From positions 992,001-1,056,000 of the forward strand of contig CAXXKM010000001.1 of assembly GCA_963664435.2 (NCBI GenBank): a stretch of 64,000 nucleotides of DNA, written 5' to 3'. Shown here piece after piece: positions 9,461 to 19,025 of the stretch (position 1 is its first letter; the number at the start of each line of letters is the position of its first letter). This DNA comes from Longimicrobiales bacterium (GTDB taxonomy: Bacteria; Gemmatimonadota; Gemmatimonadetes; Longimicrobiales; Gaopeijiaceae). The position numbers and the translations under genes were made by a program. Under the pieces are notes generated by a model that worked only from the letters and a program-made list of their open reading frames with translations, made no database searches and was not told the origin of the DNA.

Positions 9461-10591
9461 TCACCCGAACCGCCCCTCCCCCAACCCGAATCCCTCCACC
9501 CCCCACTTCCCTTCCTCGCCCAGGCAGAAGTCCGCCATGACGCGCCCGATCACGCTGCAGAACTTGTAGCCGTGGCCGGAGAAGCCGGCGGCGATGAACA
9601 CGTCGTCCGCGGCCGGGTGGCGGTCCAGGATGAAGTGCTCGTCGGGGCTGGTGGTGAACATGCACGCCACGATGCGGCGGGTGGGGCCGTTCGCCTCCGG
9701 GAAGTAGGCCGCGACGCCCTCGCGCACGGCGGCTTCGTCCTCCGGGGAGCATTCCCGGTCCAGGCGATCCGGGTCGGGCACGGGCTGCACGCGAAGGTGA
9801 TACTTGCCGATCTTGAACCCCTCGCCGCGGTCGCTGGGGAAGCCGTAGTAGCGTCCCAGAGGGGCCTGCAGCACGAAGATCGGGAACCGCTCCGGCTCGA
9901 ACGGCGCCGCGTTCAGGGGCTCCGTCCAGAGCATGATCTGTCGCTCGGGCTGGCACAGGGGCGCGAGCTCCGGCACCAGCCGGCCCACCCACGCACCGGC
10001 GGTGAACACCAGTTGCCTGGCCTCGTAGGTGCCGCTCGCGGTCTCCACCCGGAAGCCGGACGGGCGCTTTTCCCATCTGCGCACCGGCGACTCGGTCACG
10101 ATCTCCGCGCCCAGCTCGCGCGCCGCGGCGGCATGCGCCCGGATCGCCACCTCCGAGCGCACGTAGCCGGAGTCCGCCTGGTAGATGGCCCGCAGCGATT
10201 CGGGGACCCGGTAGCCGGGGAAGCGCCGGTTGACCTCCGCGCCGTCGAGCTCCTCGAAGGGAATGCCGTGCTCGACGCACGAACGCCGGGAGTTCTCGAC
10301 CTTGGGGCTGTCGGGCGGCCCGATGTCGAGACCGCCGGTCACCACGAGGATCGACTCGCCCGTGACCTCCTCCAGCTCCCTCCAGTATCGATACGCGGCC
10401 CGGAGCAGCGGGACGTACTGGGGGCCCTCGGAGTACGCGAGGCGGATGATGCGCGTGGACCCGTGCGAGGAGCCGAACGCGTGCGGGACGGTGAACTGCT
10501 CCAGGCCCAGCACCCTGCGGCCGCTCCGCGCGAGCTGATAGACCGTGGCGCTGCCCATCCCGCCCACGCCGATCACGATGACGTCGTACAT
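9461..10591 (-). CDS. solA: N-methyl-L-tryptophan oxidase / monomeric sarcosine oxidase family
   Basis: 'DVIVIGVGGMGS', 'GSSHGSTRIIR', 'CMFT', 'GFSGHGYKF'. Confidence 0.9.
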   Translation of the reverse strand: MYDVIVIGVGGMGSATVYQLARSGRRVLGLEQFTVPHAFGSSHGSTRIIRLAYSEGPQYVPLLRAAYRYWRELEEVTGESILVVTGGLDIGPPDSPKVENSRRSCVEHGIPFEELDGAEVNRRFPGYRVPESLRAIYQADSGYVRSEVAIRAHAAAARELGAEIVTESPVRRWEKRPSGFRVETASGTYEARQLVFTAGAWVGRLVPELAPLCQPERQIMLWTEPLNAAPFEPERFPIFVLQAPLGRYYGFPSDRGEGFKIGKYHLRVQPVPDPDRLDRECSPEDEAAVREGVAAYFPEANGPTRRIVACMFTTSPDEHFILDRHPAADDVFIAAGFSGHGYKFCSVIGRVMADFCLGEEGKWGVEGFGLGEGRFG

Positions 10592-10687
10592 TCTCTCCCT
10601 TTCCCCTCACCGGGGCTCCGAGACGCGCACGGCATGGAAGATACCAAGAATTGAGCCTCCGGATGGAGTGCCCGGCCTCCAGATGTC

Positions 10688-10726
10688 CATTCACGTCATG
10701 AATGATTATCATTCACGCTATGAATG
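10688..10726. promoter_or_regulatory. Tandem palindromic operator-like site CATTCA-N5-TGAATG-N5-CATTCA-N5-TGAATG
   Basis: Four exact half-sites at an 11-bp period between divergent solA and the ATPase gene; function inferred. Confidence 0.5.
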
Positions 10727-11979
10727 CTTTTCCGCTCGCCCGGGCCGTTGCCGGCACTCTCGACGCCATGATGCGGGTCATGCCCGCGGTCGTCGTCGCC
10801 GGGGCCCGCCAGACGGGAAAGAGCACGCTCGCTCGCGCCTTGGGTCGATCCTCGCGGGCCGGCGGGCCCGGGCAACCGACTCCCGATACTCGCCGTTACC
10901 TGTCGCTCGACGATCTGGACGTGCTCCACCTGGCGCGACAGGACCCGGATGCGCTGGTCGGAGGCAGCCAGCCGGTAACGCTCGATGAAGTGCAGCGCGA
11001 GCCGGACCTCCTGAGCGCCGTCAAGCGAGAGATCGACCGGGAGCGGCGACCCGGACGGTTCCTGCTCACCGGGTCCGCCAACCTGCTTCTGATGCGACGG
11101 GTGTCGGAGTCATTGGCGGGTCGCGCCAGTTACCTGACCTTGTGGCCGATGGCGCGACGAGAGCAATCGGGACTTGGCCGGTGCGGCATCTGGGAGAACC
11201 TGGTCGAGTCTCCTGACCAGGATTGGCTCGATGTAGTGAGCGAGCACCCCACCGATCCGGAGGACTGGCGGGCGCTCGCGCGGCGCGGCGGCTTCCCGGT
11301 TCCGGCCGTCCATCTCGATACTCAGGCTGAGCGGGCGATCTGGTTCGATGGTTACGTGCGGACCTATCTGGAGCGGGATCTGCAGGCTCTTTCCTCGATC
11401 GCAGCCCTTCCGGATTATCGGCGGCTCATGCGCGCGGCGGCCCTGCGCCTTGGTGCGTTGCTCAATCAGACGGAGGTGGGCCGGGACATCGGCCTTCGGC
11501 AGCCGACGGTCCACCGCTGGCTCAACCTGCTGGAGACCTCCTACTTGCTCGTGCGAATTCCCGCGTACTCGGTGAACCGCACCAAGAGGTTGATCAAGGC
11601 TCCAAGGCTATACTGGAGCGACACGGGTCTGGCGATGCACCTGTCCCAGGAGGACGAGCCGCGGGGTGCGCATCTGGAGAACCTTGTACTTCAGGACCTG
11701 CTGGCTTGGCGGGACTGCCGAACCCGGCGCGCCGAAGTGTTGCACTGGCGCACGACCACCGGCGAGGAAGTGGACTTCGTGATCGAGGTGGACGGGTCGG
11801 TGCTACCCATCGAGGTCAAGGCCACCAGGCGGCCGCGCCTCCGCGACGCGGCCCATCTGCGTTCGTTCCGCGCAGAGTACCACCGGACCACGCGCGCCGG
11901 CCTGCTCCTGCACGGCGGCGACTCGGTCGAATGGATCACTCCCGGTGTGCTCGCGGCGCCCTGGTGGAAGGTGGTTTGA
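10702..11979 (+). CDS. AAA_14 ATPase with DUF4143 / PD-(D/E)XK-like C-terminus
   Basis: Walker A 'GARQTGKS', Walker B 'LDEVQ', 'LLTGSA', 'EVDFVIE...PIEVK'; start may be 10720. Confidence 0.9.
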   Translation: MIIIHAMNAFPLARAVAGTLDAMMRVMPAVVVAGARQTGKSTLARALGRSSRAGGPGQPTPDTRRYLSLDDLDVLHLARQDPDALVGGSQPVTLDEVQREPDLLSAVKREIDRERRPGRFLLTGSANLLLMRRVSESLAGRASYLTLWPMARREQSGLGRCGIWENLVESPDQDWLDVVSEHPTDPEDWRALARRGGFPVPAVHLDTQAERAIWFDGYVRTYLERDLQALSSIAALPDYRRLMRAAALRLGALLNQTEVGRDIGLRQPTVHRWLNLLETSYLLVRIPAYSVNRTKRLIKAPRLYWSDTGLAMHLSQEDEPRGAHLENLVLQDLLAWRDCRTRRAEVLHWRTTTGEEVDFVIEVDGSVLPIEVKATRRPRLRDAAHLRSFRAEYHRTTRAGLLLHGGDSVEWITPGVLAAPWWKVV

Positions 11980-12021
11980 GCAGCTCCTGACACTCGCGGG
12001 CCCCGAGCGAGGTTGAGAACT

Positions 12022-12201
12022 TCATTCGGCCGCGAAGATGGTCAGCATTACTTCGGATTCGTCGAGCAGCCGGTACATCGGGCGTCTCCCGGCATGGGCC
12101 TCGCTACGGCGAAGCAGCACACGAACCCCTTCGCCTCGACGGTCCATCATCGTCGCCCGGGTTGTCCTGAGTCCCGCGATATCGATTCGCTCAAGGAGCG
12201 T
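12022..12201 (-). pseudogene. Possible 3' remnant of an AlbA_2/HATPase_c_4-type gene
   Basis: Manual translation 'TRATMMDRRGEGVRVLLRRSEAHAGRRPMYRLLDESEVMLTIFAAE*' resembles the C-terminus of that family; an in-frame stop lies just upstream. Confidence 0.4.
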
Positions 12202-12237
12202 CTATGTCAGAATAGCAGTGGATTAGCCCAATCCCTC

Positions 12238-15200
12238 CTACCTTCCCGGCAGCTCCACCGCCTCCCCTGCATCCGGTCGCACACCCTCCGCGTAGAGTTG
12301 GGCGTTGAGCGCGGGCACCCGGTCCTCGATCAGCGCGTTCAGCTCCGGCACCGTCTCGCCCATCACCTCCCAGGCGTGGTCAACCTGCCAGATGTGGTCC
12401 TCGGTCGGGTGGACCGAGGACTGCTGAATGGCCCGGGCCACGCCTGCATTCTGGCGAGCCTCCGAGACATCCTCCTCGATCTCCTCCAGTGCTTCGCGGA
12501 TGGCCTCCAGCTCCTCCTCGATGCCCTCGGGCGGCGCGTCCGCGCCGTCGATGAGTTCCTCGGCCGCGTCCAGTTGCTCCTCCAGGCGGCTTATGGCCTG
12601 GGTCGCCTCGTGGATCGGCACCGCCAGACGGTGCAGGCTCATCAGCGCGTCCTGGCGGGCCATGCGGTCGGCCATGGTCATGGGTCGCCGCGGGTCGGCC
12701 TGGATCTCGATCATCGACGAGAAAGTCTCCCCGCCGACGTCCATGCTCACGGTGTACACGCCGGGGAGCGCGACCGGGCCCTGGGGCGTGCCGCCTCCGA
12801 AGGGGCCGCCTCCTCCACCGCCCTGCTGGCCATCGGCCTCGTAGGGCGCGTCGAAGCGCCAGTCCCATACGACCTCGTTGATGCCGGGGTCGCTCGAGGC
12901 TTCGAGGGTGCGGACATGATTGCCGTCGCGGTCGGTGATGGTCAGGGCGAAGGGTGCCGAATCTTCATCCGAGCGCCCGGCGCCGTCGGCGTCCTGATCC
13001 GCGTCCTGCCCGGAATCCCCACTCTCGCGCCCATCTCCGTTCCCGTTCCCCCCTTCCTCCTCGTCCTCATCCGCAATCGGCGCTTCCCACTCATCGCGCA
13101 GGTAGTACCGGATCAGCGACCCGCGCGGGGGATTGGGAGCCTGGTAGGTCGCGCCTTGGAAGGGCCAGTCGCCGCGCTCCGCCCACATGATGGTCGGCCT
13201 CGCCTGCGGGAACACCCGGCCCGCCTCCGCGAGCATCGACTCCAACAGATGCTCCAGCGGGGTCACGTCGGCCAGGATGTAGAACGAGCGGCCGTGGGTG
13301 CCCACCAGCAGGTCGTTGTCGCGCGGGTGCACGAGGATGTCGTCCACCGGCACGGTCGGCAGGTTGTTCTTGAGCTGGACCCACTGCCCTCCCCGGTCAA
13401 CGGACACGAACACGCCGGTCTCGTTGCCCACGAAGAGCAGGTTGGGGGCGCGGTGATGCTCGGTTACGACGTTGACCGACCAGCCGTCGGGCAGCCCGTC
13501 GGTGATGCGGGACCAGTTCTGCCCGTAATCCTCGCTCACGTACACGTAGGCCGCGTAGTCGGCGTTCCGGTGCCCGTCGAAACTTGCATACACGCGCCCC
13601 TCGACGTGGTGCGAAGGCTCGACCCGGCTCACGTAGGTACGCTCCGGCAGCCCGGGAATACGGTCGGCCACGTTCGTCCAGGTCGCGCCGTCGTCGCGGC
13701 TCACCTGCAGGTTGCCGTCGTCGGTGCCCACGTAGAGCAGCCCCGGCGCCACCGTCGACTCGGCGAAGCTGGTGATGTTGCCGTAGGTCGAGATGCCGTC
13801 GTTCACCGACATCTGTGGCTCGGAGCCGGCGACGCCCATGATCTCAAGCTCCTCGCGGTCGATCTGCTTCGTGAGATCGACGCCCCCGACCTCCTCCCAC
13901 GACATGCCGTAGTCCCGCGAGCGCATCAGGAAGTTGGCGCCCAGGTAGACCGTGGCGGGATCGTGCGGCGAGAGCTGGAGCGGCGAGTTCCAGTTGTAGC
14001 GGTAGGTCTTGGCGGTGTCGCCGTTCTCGCGCGGGCCGGTGATGGGCCGCATGGGAATCTTCTCGCCGGTGTTGAGGTCGTACCGGTTCATGTTCCCGTG
14101 CTGCGACTCGGCGTAGACGATGGTCGAGTCGGTCGGGTCCACGATGGCGAAGAAGCCGTCGCCGTACGCCACCTCGTACCAGTCCTGGTGGCGGATCCCG
14201 TGGAACGAGCGCGTGTTGGAGGGCCCGCACCACGCGTCGTTGTCCTGCAGCCCGCCGCACACGAAGTACGGATCGCGCATGTCGTGGCCGATGGCGTAGA
14301 ACTGGCCCAGCGGCAGGTTGTCGAACATGCGCCAGTGCCCGGTGCCGTCCCAGCTTGCGGCCACGCCGCCGTCGCTTCCCAGAATCAGATGATCCGGGTC
14401 CGCGGGGTTGATCCAGAGCGCGTGGTGATCGACGTGCACCTGGGCGGCGCCGTCGCTGCGGAAGGTGCGCCCGCCGTCGTCCGAGACCATCAGGGAGCCC
14501 CCGAGGACGTAGATGCGGTCGACGTTGGTGGGGTCGATGCGCACATGCGAGTAGTACATCGGCCGCGGGTTGGTGTCCGACATCTTCTCCCAGGTGTTGC
14601 CGCGGTCAAGCGAGCGGAAGAGGCCGCTCCGCGACGGGCCTCCGCCCCCTCCGAAGCCCTGGCCCGGGCTCCTCGGCTCGGCCTCGATCAGCGCGTACAC
14701 GATGTTCCCGTCGCCGCGGAAGACCTCCACCCCGATGCGTCCCTTATCGCCATCGGGGAGTCCCTCGGTCAGTTCCGTCCAGCTGTCGCCCCCGTCCAGG
14801 GTGCGGTAGAGCCCGCTCCCCGGGCCGCCCCCGTTGAACCCCCAGCCGGTGCGCCGCCGCTGGTACATCCCCGCGAAGATGGTGTTGGGATCGCGCGGGT
14901 CCATCGCCATGTCGATGGCGCCGGTGTGCTCGTCGATGTAAAGCACCTTCTCCCAGCTCTCGCCCCCGTCCTGCGTGCGGAAGACACCCCTCTCCTCGTT
15001 GGGCCCCCAGAGATCCCCGACCGCCGCGACGTACACGACATCCGGATTGCGCGGATGGATGAGGATGCGCCCGACGTGCTTGCTTCCCTCAAGCCCCATG
15101 TGCCGCCAGGTCCTGCCGCCGTCGACCGATTTGTAGACGCCGTTGCCCCAGCCCGACGACTGCCGGTTCTGCGGCTCGCCGGTGCCGACCCAGACCAGGT

Positions 15201-15552
15201 TCGGGTTCGACTGGTCGAGCGTGACGTCGCCGATGGAGCTCGTGGGCTGATCGTCGAAGACCGGCGTCCAGGAAGTCCCGTGGTTCTCGGTCTTCCAGAC
15301 CCCGCCCGTGCCCGTGCCGATGTAGAAGATCTGCGGCTTGGACTCCACCACGGCGATGTCCGCGATGCGCCCACCCATGAGCGCGGGCCCGAGCTCGCGA
15401 TACTGCAGATGCGAGATGGCGGTCTCGAGCGCGGATTGCGCATGCGCGCGCCCGGATGGGAACACGTTGGTCAATGCGCAGAAGGCCGCGAGGGCGACTG
15501 TAGCGCGGCGGGTGGCGCGGGGTTTCGGGGTCGAGCTGCGCTGGGTTTTCAT
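12238..15552 (-). CDS. Secreted VPS10/sortilin-like BNR (Asp-box) repeat glycosyl hydrolase-like protein
   Basis: Signal peptide; 'RELGPALMGGRIADI'; multiple SxDGGxTW Asp-boxes; 'RYNWNSP'; 'GTHGRS'. Confidence 0.88.
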   Translation of the reverse strand: MKTQRSSTPKPRATRRATVALAAFCALTNVFPSGRAHAQSALETAISHLQYRELGPALMGGRIADIAVVESKPQIFYIGTGTGGVWKTENHGTSWTPVFDDQPTSSIGDVTLDQSNPNLVWVGTGEPQNRQSSGWGNGVYKSVDGGRTWRHMGLEGSKHVGRILIHPRNPDVVYVAAVGDLWGPNEERGVFRTQDGGESWEKVLYIDEHTGAIDMAMDPRDPNTIFAGMYQRRRTGWGFNGGGPGSGLYRTLDGGDSWTELTEGLPDGDKGRIGVEVFRGDGNIVYALIEAEPRSPGQGFGGGGGPSRSGLFRSLDRGNTWEKMSDTNPRPMYYSHVRIDPTNVDRIYVLGGSLMVSDDGGRTFRSDGAAQVHVDHHALWINPADPDHLILGSDGGVAASWDGTGHWRMFDNLPLGQFYAIGHDMRDPYFVCGGLQDNDAWCGPSNTRSFHGIRHQDWYEVAYGDGFFAIVDPTDSTIVYAESQHGNMNRYDLNTGEKIPMRPITGPRENGDTAKTYRYNWNSPLQLSPHDPATVYLGANFLMRSRDYGMSWEEVGGVDLTKQIDREELEIMGVAGSEPQMSVNDGISTYGNITSFAESTVAPGLLYVGTDDGNLQVSRDDGATWTNVADRIPGLPERTYVSRVEPSHHVEGRVYASFDGHRNADYAAYVYVSEDYGQNWSRITDGLPDGWSVNVVTEHHRAPNLLFVGNETGVFVSVDRGGQWVQLKNNLPTVPVDDILVHPRDNDLLVGTHGRSFYILADVTPLEHLLESMLAEAGRVFPQARPTIMWAERGDWPFQGATYQAPNPPRGSLIRYYLRDEWEAPIADEDEEEGGNGNGDGRESGDSGQDADQDADGAGRSDEDSAPFALTITDRDGNHVRTLEASSDPGINEVVWDWRFDAPYEADGQQGGGGGGPFGGGTPQGPVALPGVYTVSMDVGGETFSSMIEIQADPRRPMTMADRMARQDALMSLHRLAVPIHEATQAISRLEEQLDAAEELIDGADAPPEGIEEELEAIREALEEIEEDVSEARQNAGVARAIQQSSVHPTEDHIWQVDHAWEVMGETVPELNALIEDRVPALNAQLYAEGVRPDAGEAVELPGR

Positions 15553-15686
15553 GCTGGCTTTTCCGCTTCGGGAGAATCGACTGCTCGCGCGCCAGCACGG
15601 CGCCGGCATGCAACCTGCACCCGGCTGGCAGAGTACTTGCACCCATGCCCGCGACACCGCAGGCGAAGGGGACAGGAAAATACGGA

Positions 15687-16952
15687 ATGGTTCCCAGGAA
15701 CGCGATTGCAAGAGCCGTCTGGGCGGCCGGCATTTACATCCGGCTGACCGGGGAGTGGCTGCGAACCGGAGTCGCCTACCGGCCGCTCTCGCCCGGCTTC
15801 GTGGCCGACCCCTACCCGCTGTACCGGAAGCTCCGCCAGCGCGACCCGATTCATCGCAGCATCTTCGCCGACCAGGTCGTGGTGTCCCGCTACGCCGACG
15901 TCGACCGCATCCTCCGGGACCACAGGAGCTTCGGCAACGACTTCAGCAGGGTGACGTCCTCGGAGGGCTCTCTTGCAACGCGGAAGAAGCTCACGCCGAG
16001 CATGCTCGCGCAGGACCCGCCCGACCATACCCGCCTCCGCAGTCTCGTCAACCGGGCATTCACGCCCCGCCAGGTGGCGACGATGGAGGACTACATCCGC
16101 GCCACCGCGCGCACGCTCCTCGACCAGGTCGGAGCGGCCCGGGAATTCGACCTCATGAAGGCCTTCGCGGTGCCGCTTCCCACGATCGTGATCGCCCGGA
16201 TGATCGGGGTTCCCGAGAGCGACCTCGGGCGCTTCAAGGTCTGGTCCGCCGATCTGGCGCGCGCCCTGGAGCCTTTCCTTTCTCCCGAAGAGGAGCGGAA
16301 GGTGTATCGTGCCGCCCGGCAGTTCGCGGCATACTTCACCGGCATCATCGAGCAGCGCCGCCGCGAGCCCCGCGACGATCTCGTCTCGCGCCTGGTCGAG
16401 GCCGAGGACGCAGGCGACAAACTGACGGCCGAGGAAACGCTGGTGATGCTTCGCCTTCTCCTCACGGCCGGCAACGAGACCACCACCAACCTCATCGGGA
16501 ACGGAGTCCGGGGCCTCCTGCGCCACCCCGACCAGCTCGCCCTGCTCAGGGAACGGCCCGAACTGATCCCTTCGGCGGTGGAAGAACTTCTGCGCTACGA
16601 CGCACCCGTCCAGCTGGACATGCGCGTAGCACTCCGGGACATGGAACTCGGGGGGCTGGCGATCAGGGAGGGTACCATGATCACCCTCCTGATCGGATCC
16701 GCGAATCACGATCCCGAACGGTTCCCCCAGCCGGAGAAGCTGGACATCACGCGGTCCGGCCGGCCGAACATCTCGTTCGGCCGGGGCATCCATCATTGCC
16801 TCGGCGCGCCCCTCGCCCGCCTTGAGGGACGGATCGCGCTCGAGGTGCTGCTGGAGCGATTCGACCGGCTCGACTTCGGCGCGCGCCCGCCGCGATACCG
16901 GCCGAGCATCGTCCTGAGAGGACTCGAACACTTCGACGTGCGGGTGGGCTAG
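15687..16952 (+). CDS. Cytochrome P450
   Basis: 'DPPDHTRLR', I-helix 'AGNETT', ExxR 'EELLR', heme motif 'FGRGIHHCLG'; start uncertain (15645 or 15687). Confidence 0.95.
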   Translation: MVPRNAIARAVWAAGIYIRLTGEWLRTGVAYRPLSPGFVADPYPLYRKLRQRDPIHRSIFADQVVVSRYADVDRILRDHRSFGNDFSRVTSSEGSLATRKKLTPSMLAQDPPDHTRLRSLVNRAFTPRQVATMEDYIRATARTLLDQVGAAREFDLMKAFAVPLPTIVIARMIGVPESDLGRFKVWSADLARALEPFLSPEEERKVYRAARQFAAYFTGIIEQRRREPRDDLVSRLVEAEDAGDKLTAEETLVMLRLLLTAGNETTTNLIGNGVRGLLRHPDQLALLRERPELIPSAVEELLRYDAPVQLDMRVALRDMELGGLAIREGTMITLLIGSANHDPERFPQPEKLDITRSGRPNISFGRGIHHCLGAPLARLEGRIALEVLLERFDRLDFGARPPRYRPSIVLRGLEHFDVRVG

Positions 16953-16961
16953 CCAACTTCT

Positions 16962-16999
16962 TGTATCACACCTGTATTATCGATGTATGATACTTGTAT
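16962..16999. repeat. Four TGTAT motifs phased at 11 bp
   Basis: TGTAT at 16962, 16973, 16984 and 16995 in an AT-rich gap between convergent genes. Confidence 0.7.
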
Positions 17000-17008
17000 T
17001 CCCAACCC

Positions 17009-18923
17009 TCACATCGGCTTCATCGGCAGGACGATCGCGGACGGGTGGGCCGCGTTCCGCTGAACCGAAAGCACCGGCACGCCCCCATCCCGCGGATAGG
17101 GCAGGAAGGTGTCGGCGTCCGCGCCCGCGATGGCGACGCGGATGCGGTGGCCTTCCCGAATCAACACGGAGGTCGCCCACAGGTCGAAGCTGACTTCGGC
17201 GACTTCACCGGGCACGAGCGGCATCGCATCGCCGCGCAGCTCCGAGCGGTGGGGACCGTACTTGCGGTATAACGGCGGGTCGTCCGTGACCGCACGCATC
17301 ACCGCGCGCAGCTGTCCCTCGGTGATGTAGCGCACGGTTCCGTCCGGGGCGACGTCCTCCAGGTAGACGATGAACGCGCCGTCGGCCTCGGTCGAAGCGA
17401 CGTGCAGCGTAACGACCGGATGCCCCGTCATCTCCGTGTCGACCTCCATGGGTGCGCTGGTGTAGGTGAGCAGCTTCGCGTCCTCGCCCCGGCGATCACC
17501 GTACACGACGTCGCCGCCGCCGCCGTTGGTGTACCAGCGATTGCGCGTGCCCGTGGTCGCCGTGAAGTCGACGGTGTAGGCGTCCTCGGCCTCGGGCGCG
17601 GACGGCGCCTCCCGCGTCAGCATCCCCTCGGCGCCGAAGTACCAGATCTCATCCTCGAAGCCTTCGGGTGGCCAGGTCTCGGTGCGCGTCCAGCGGTCCG
17701 CGCCAAGCGTGTAGTAGTTGATCTCGGTCGGAGTCCGCCCTGACCCGCTCTCCTTGAGGTGTTCGTCGAAGAAGGCCACCAGCCGGGCAAACCGGGTCGC
17801 CGCGCCGGGCGCCACCGGGGCATCGTCGGGTTTGAACGGGTCGGCGTCGTTGCGGGCCCCGTGGTCCCACGGTCCGATGAAGACGTGCTGGGAGTTCGAG
17901 ATGGTGTTATAGCGGCCCAGGGTGCCGTTCACGGTCCCGGCGTCCTGCCAGCCTGCCTCGATGAACATCGCCGCGCCCGACTCCTCGATCTGCGAGAGAT
18001 GGCCTGAGGGGCTCCGGCGGTGCCCGACGTTCGTTTCGTCGTAGCGGCCGAAGGGATCGTCGCGGAACTCGTATTCGAGTGCCGCCCCGAAGGGCACCGT
18101 GTTGGCTTCGTGCTCGGCCACCGCCGCAGCGATGAGGGCGCCGTCCGCGTCTGCGTCCACCGGTTTGACGCCCGTTACCTGGTTGCGCCGCAGCTCGTCG
18201 CACTCCGGACCGGTCACGCCTGAAAGCCCGCAGATGTCGTTCAGGTCCTGCATGCGCGTGCGGTTTGACCAGCTCTCCAGGAAGCCGACGGTGAGCACGC
18301 CGCCCGGGAAGACCAGGTGGCCGAAGTTGTCGAAGTCGTTGAAGAGCGGCGCGACCGCCTTCACCGCCGGGTTCCGGTTGACCGCCAGCATCTCCGCGGT
18401 ATTGCCCGCGTAGGAAACGCCGTAGGCTCCGACCCGGCCGTTCGACCACGGCTGTGCTACGATCCAGTCGGCGACCTCCCCGTAGTCGCGCACTTCGTCC
18501 TCGGCGAGCTCGAAGCGCCGGATGCCGAACGACGCCCCGCTCCCGCGCGCGTCGATGAGAACCAGCGCGTACCCTGCCCCGTTCCAGCGCTCGGCCTCGT
18601 CGAAGTTGGAGTCGCCCTCGATCGGCGCGTCGACGAATCCGCGGGCCCGCCAGTACCGTGTTGCCCGGATCATCGTGGGCAGCCGCGCGCCCGGCTCGAT
18701 CCCCTCCGGCAGCCAGACATCGACAGCGATACGCACGCCGTCGCGCATGGGAATATGGAGCGCCTGGTTGCGCTCGAGCGTGCTGGCCGGGCCGATCGCC
18801 CCCCGCCCCGGAGGACGGGGCGTCGCCGCAGGACGCGGTGAGTGCGAGGAGAGCCAGCGCGACGGTCGCGGGGGCTGCGGTCAGCGGCGCGGGGGCCGCG
18901 TTCGTTTGGTCTCGGCGTTTCAT
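17009..18923 (-). CDS. CocE/NonD family serine hydrolase, lipoprotein; frameshift near 18800 separates the signal peptide from the enzyme
   Basis: 'MRDGVRIAVDVW', 'TRY', 'DARGSGAS', 'GVSY', 'IGPWDH' in 17009-18748. Signal/lipobox 'LALLALTASC' from ATG 18923 is in a different frame. Confidence 0.85.
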
Positions 18924-18988
18924 GGGGCGGACTCCCGAGGCAGGCGTGCCGCTCTTCCTGGATCGGAAGAACTACACGAGATGCAGTG

Positions 18989-19017
18989 TTGCAAATCATC
19001 TATTGCAAGATTATAAT
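18989..19017 (+). promoter_or_regulatory. Sigma70-type promoter TTGCAA-N17-TATAAT
   Basis: -35 at 18989-18994, 17-bp spacer, perfect TATAAT at 19012-19017, ATG at 19026. Confidence 0.7.
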
Positions 19018-19025
19018 ATACCTTC

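Noticed and set aside
10699..10715. Fur box (TGAATGATTATCATTCA)
   Set aside because: Resembles the 7-1-7 Fur core but is better explained as the centre of the four-half-site array; the flanking genes are not iron related.
12013..15747. Very long antisense ORFs (also 26785-30564, 33759-37580, 48179-50962, 53266-56043, 8882-10654)
   Set aside because: Shadow frames of clear genes on the opposite strand in high-GC DNA, with no family motifs.
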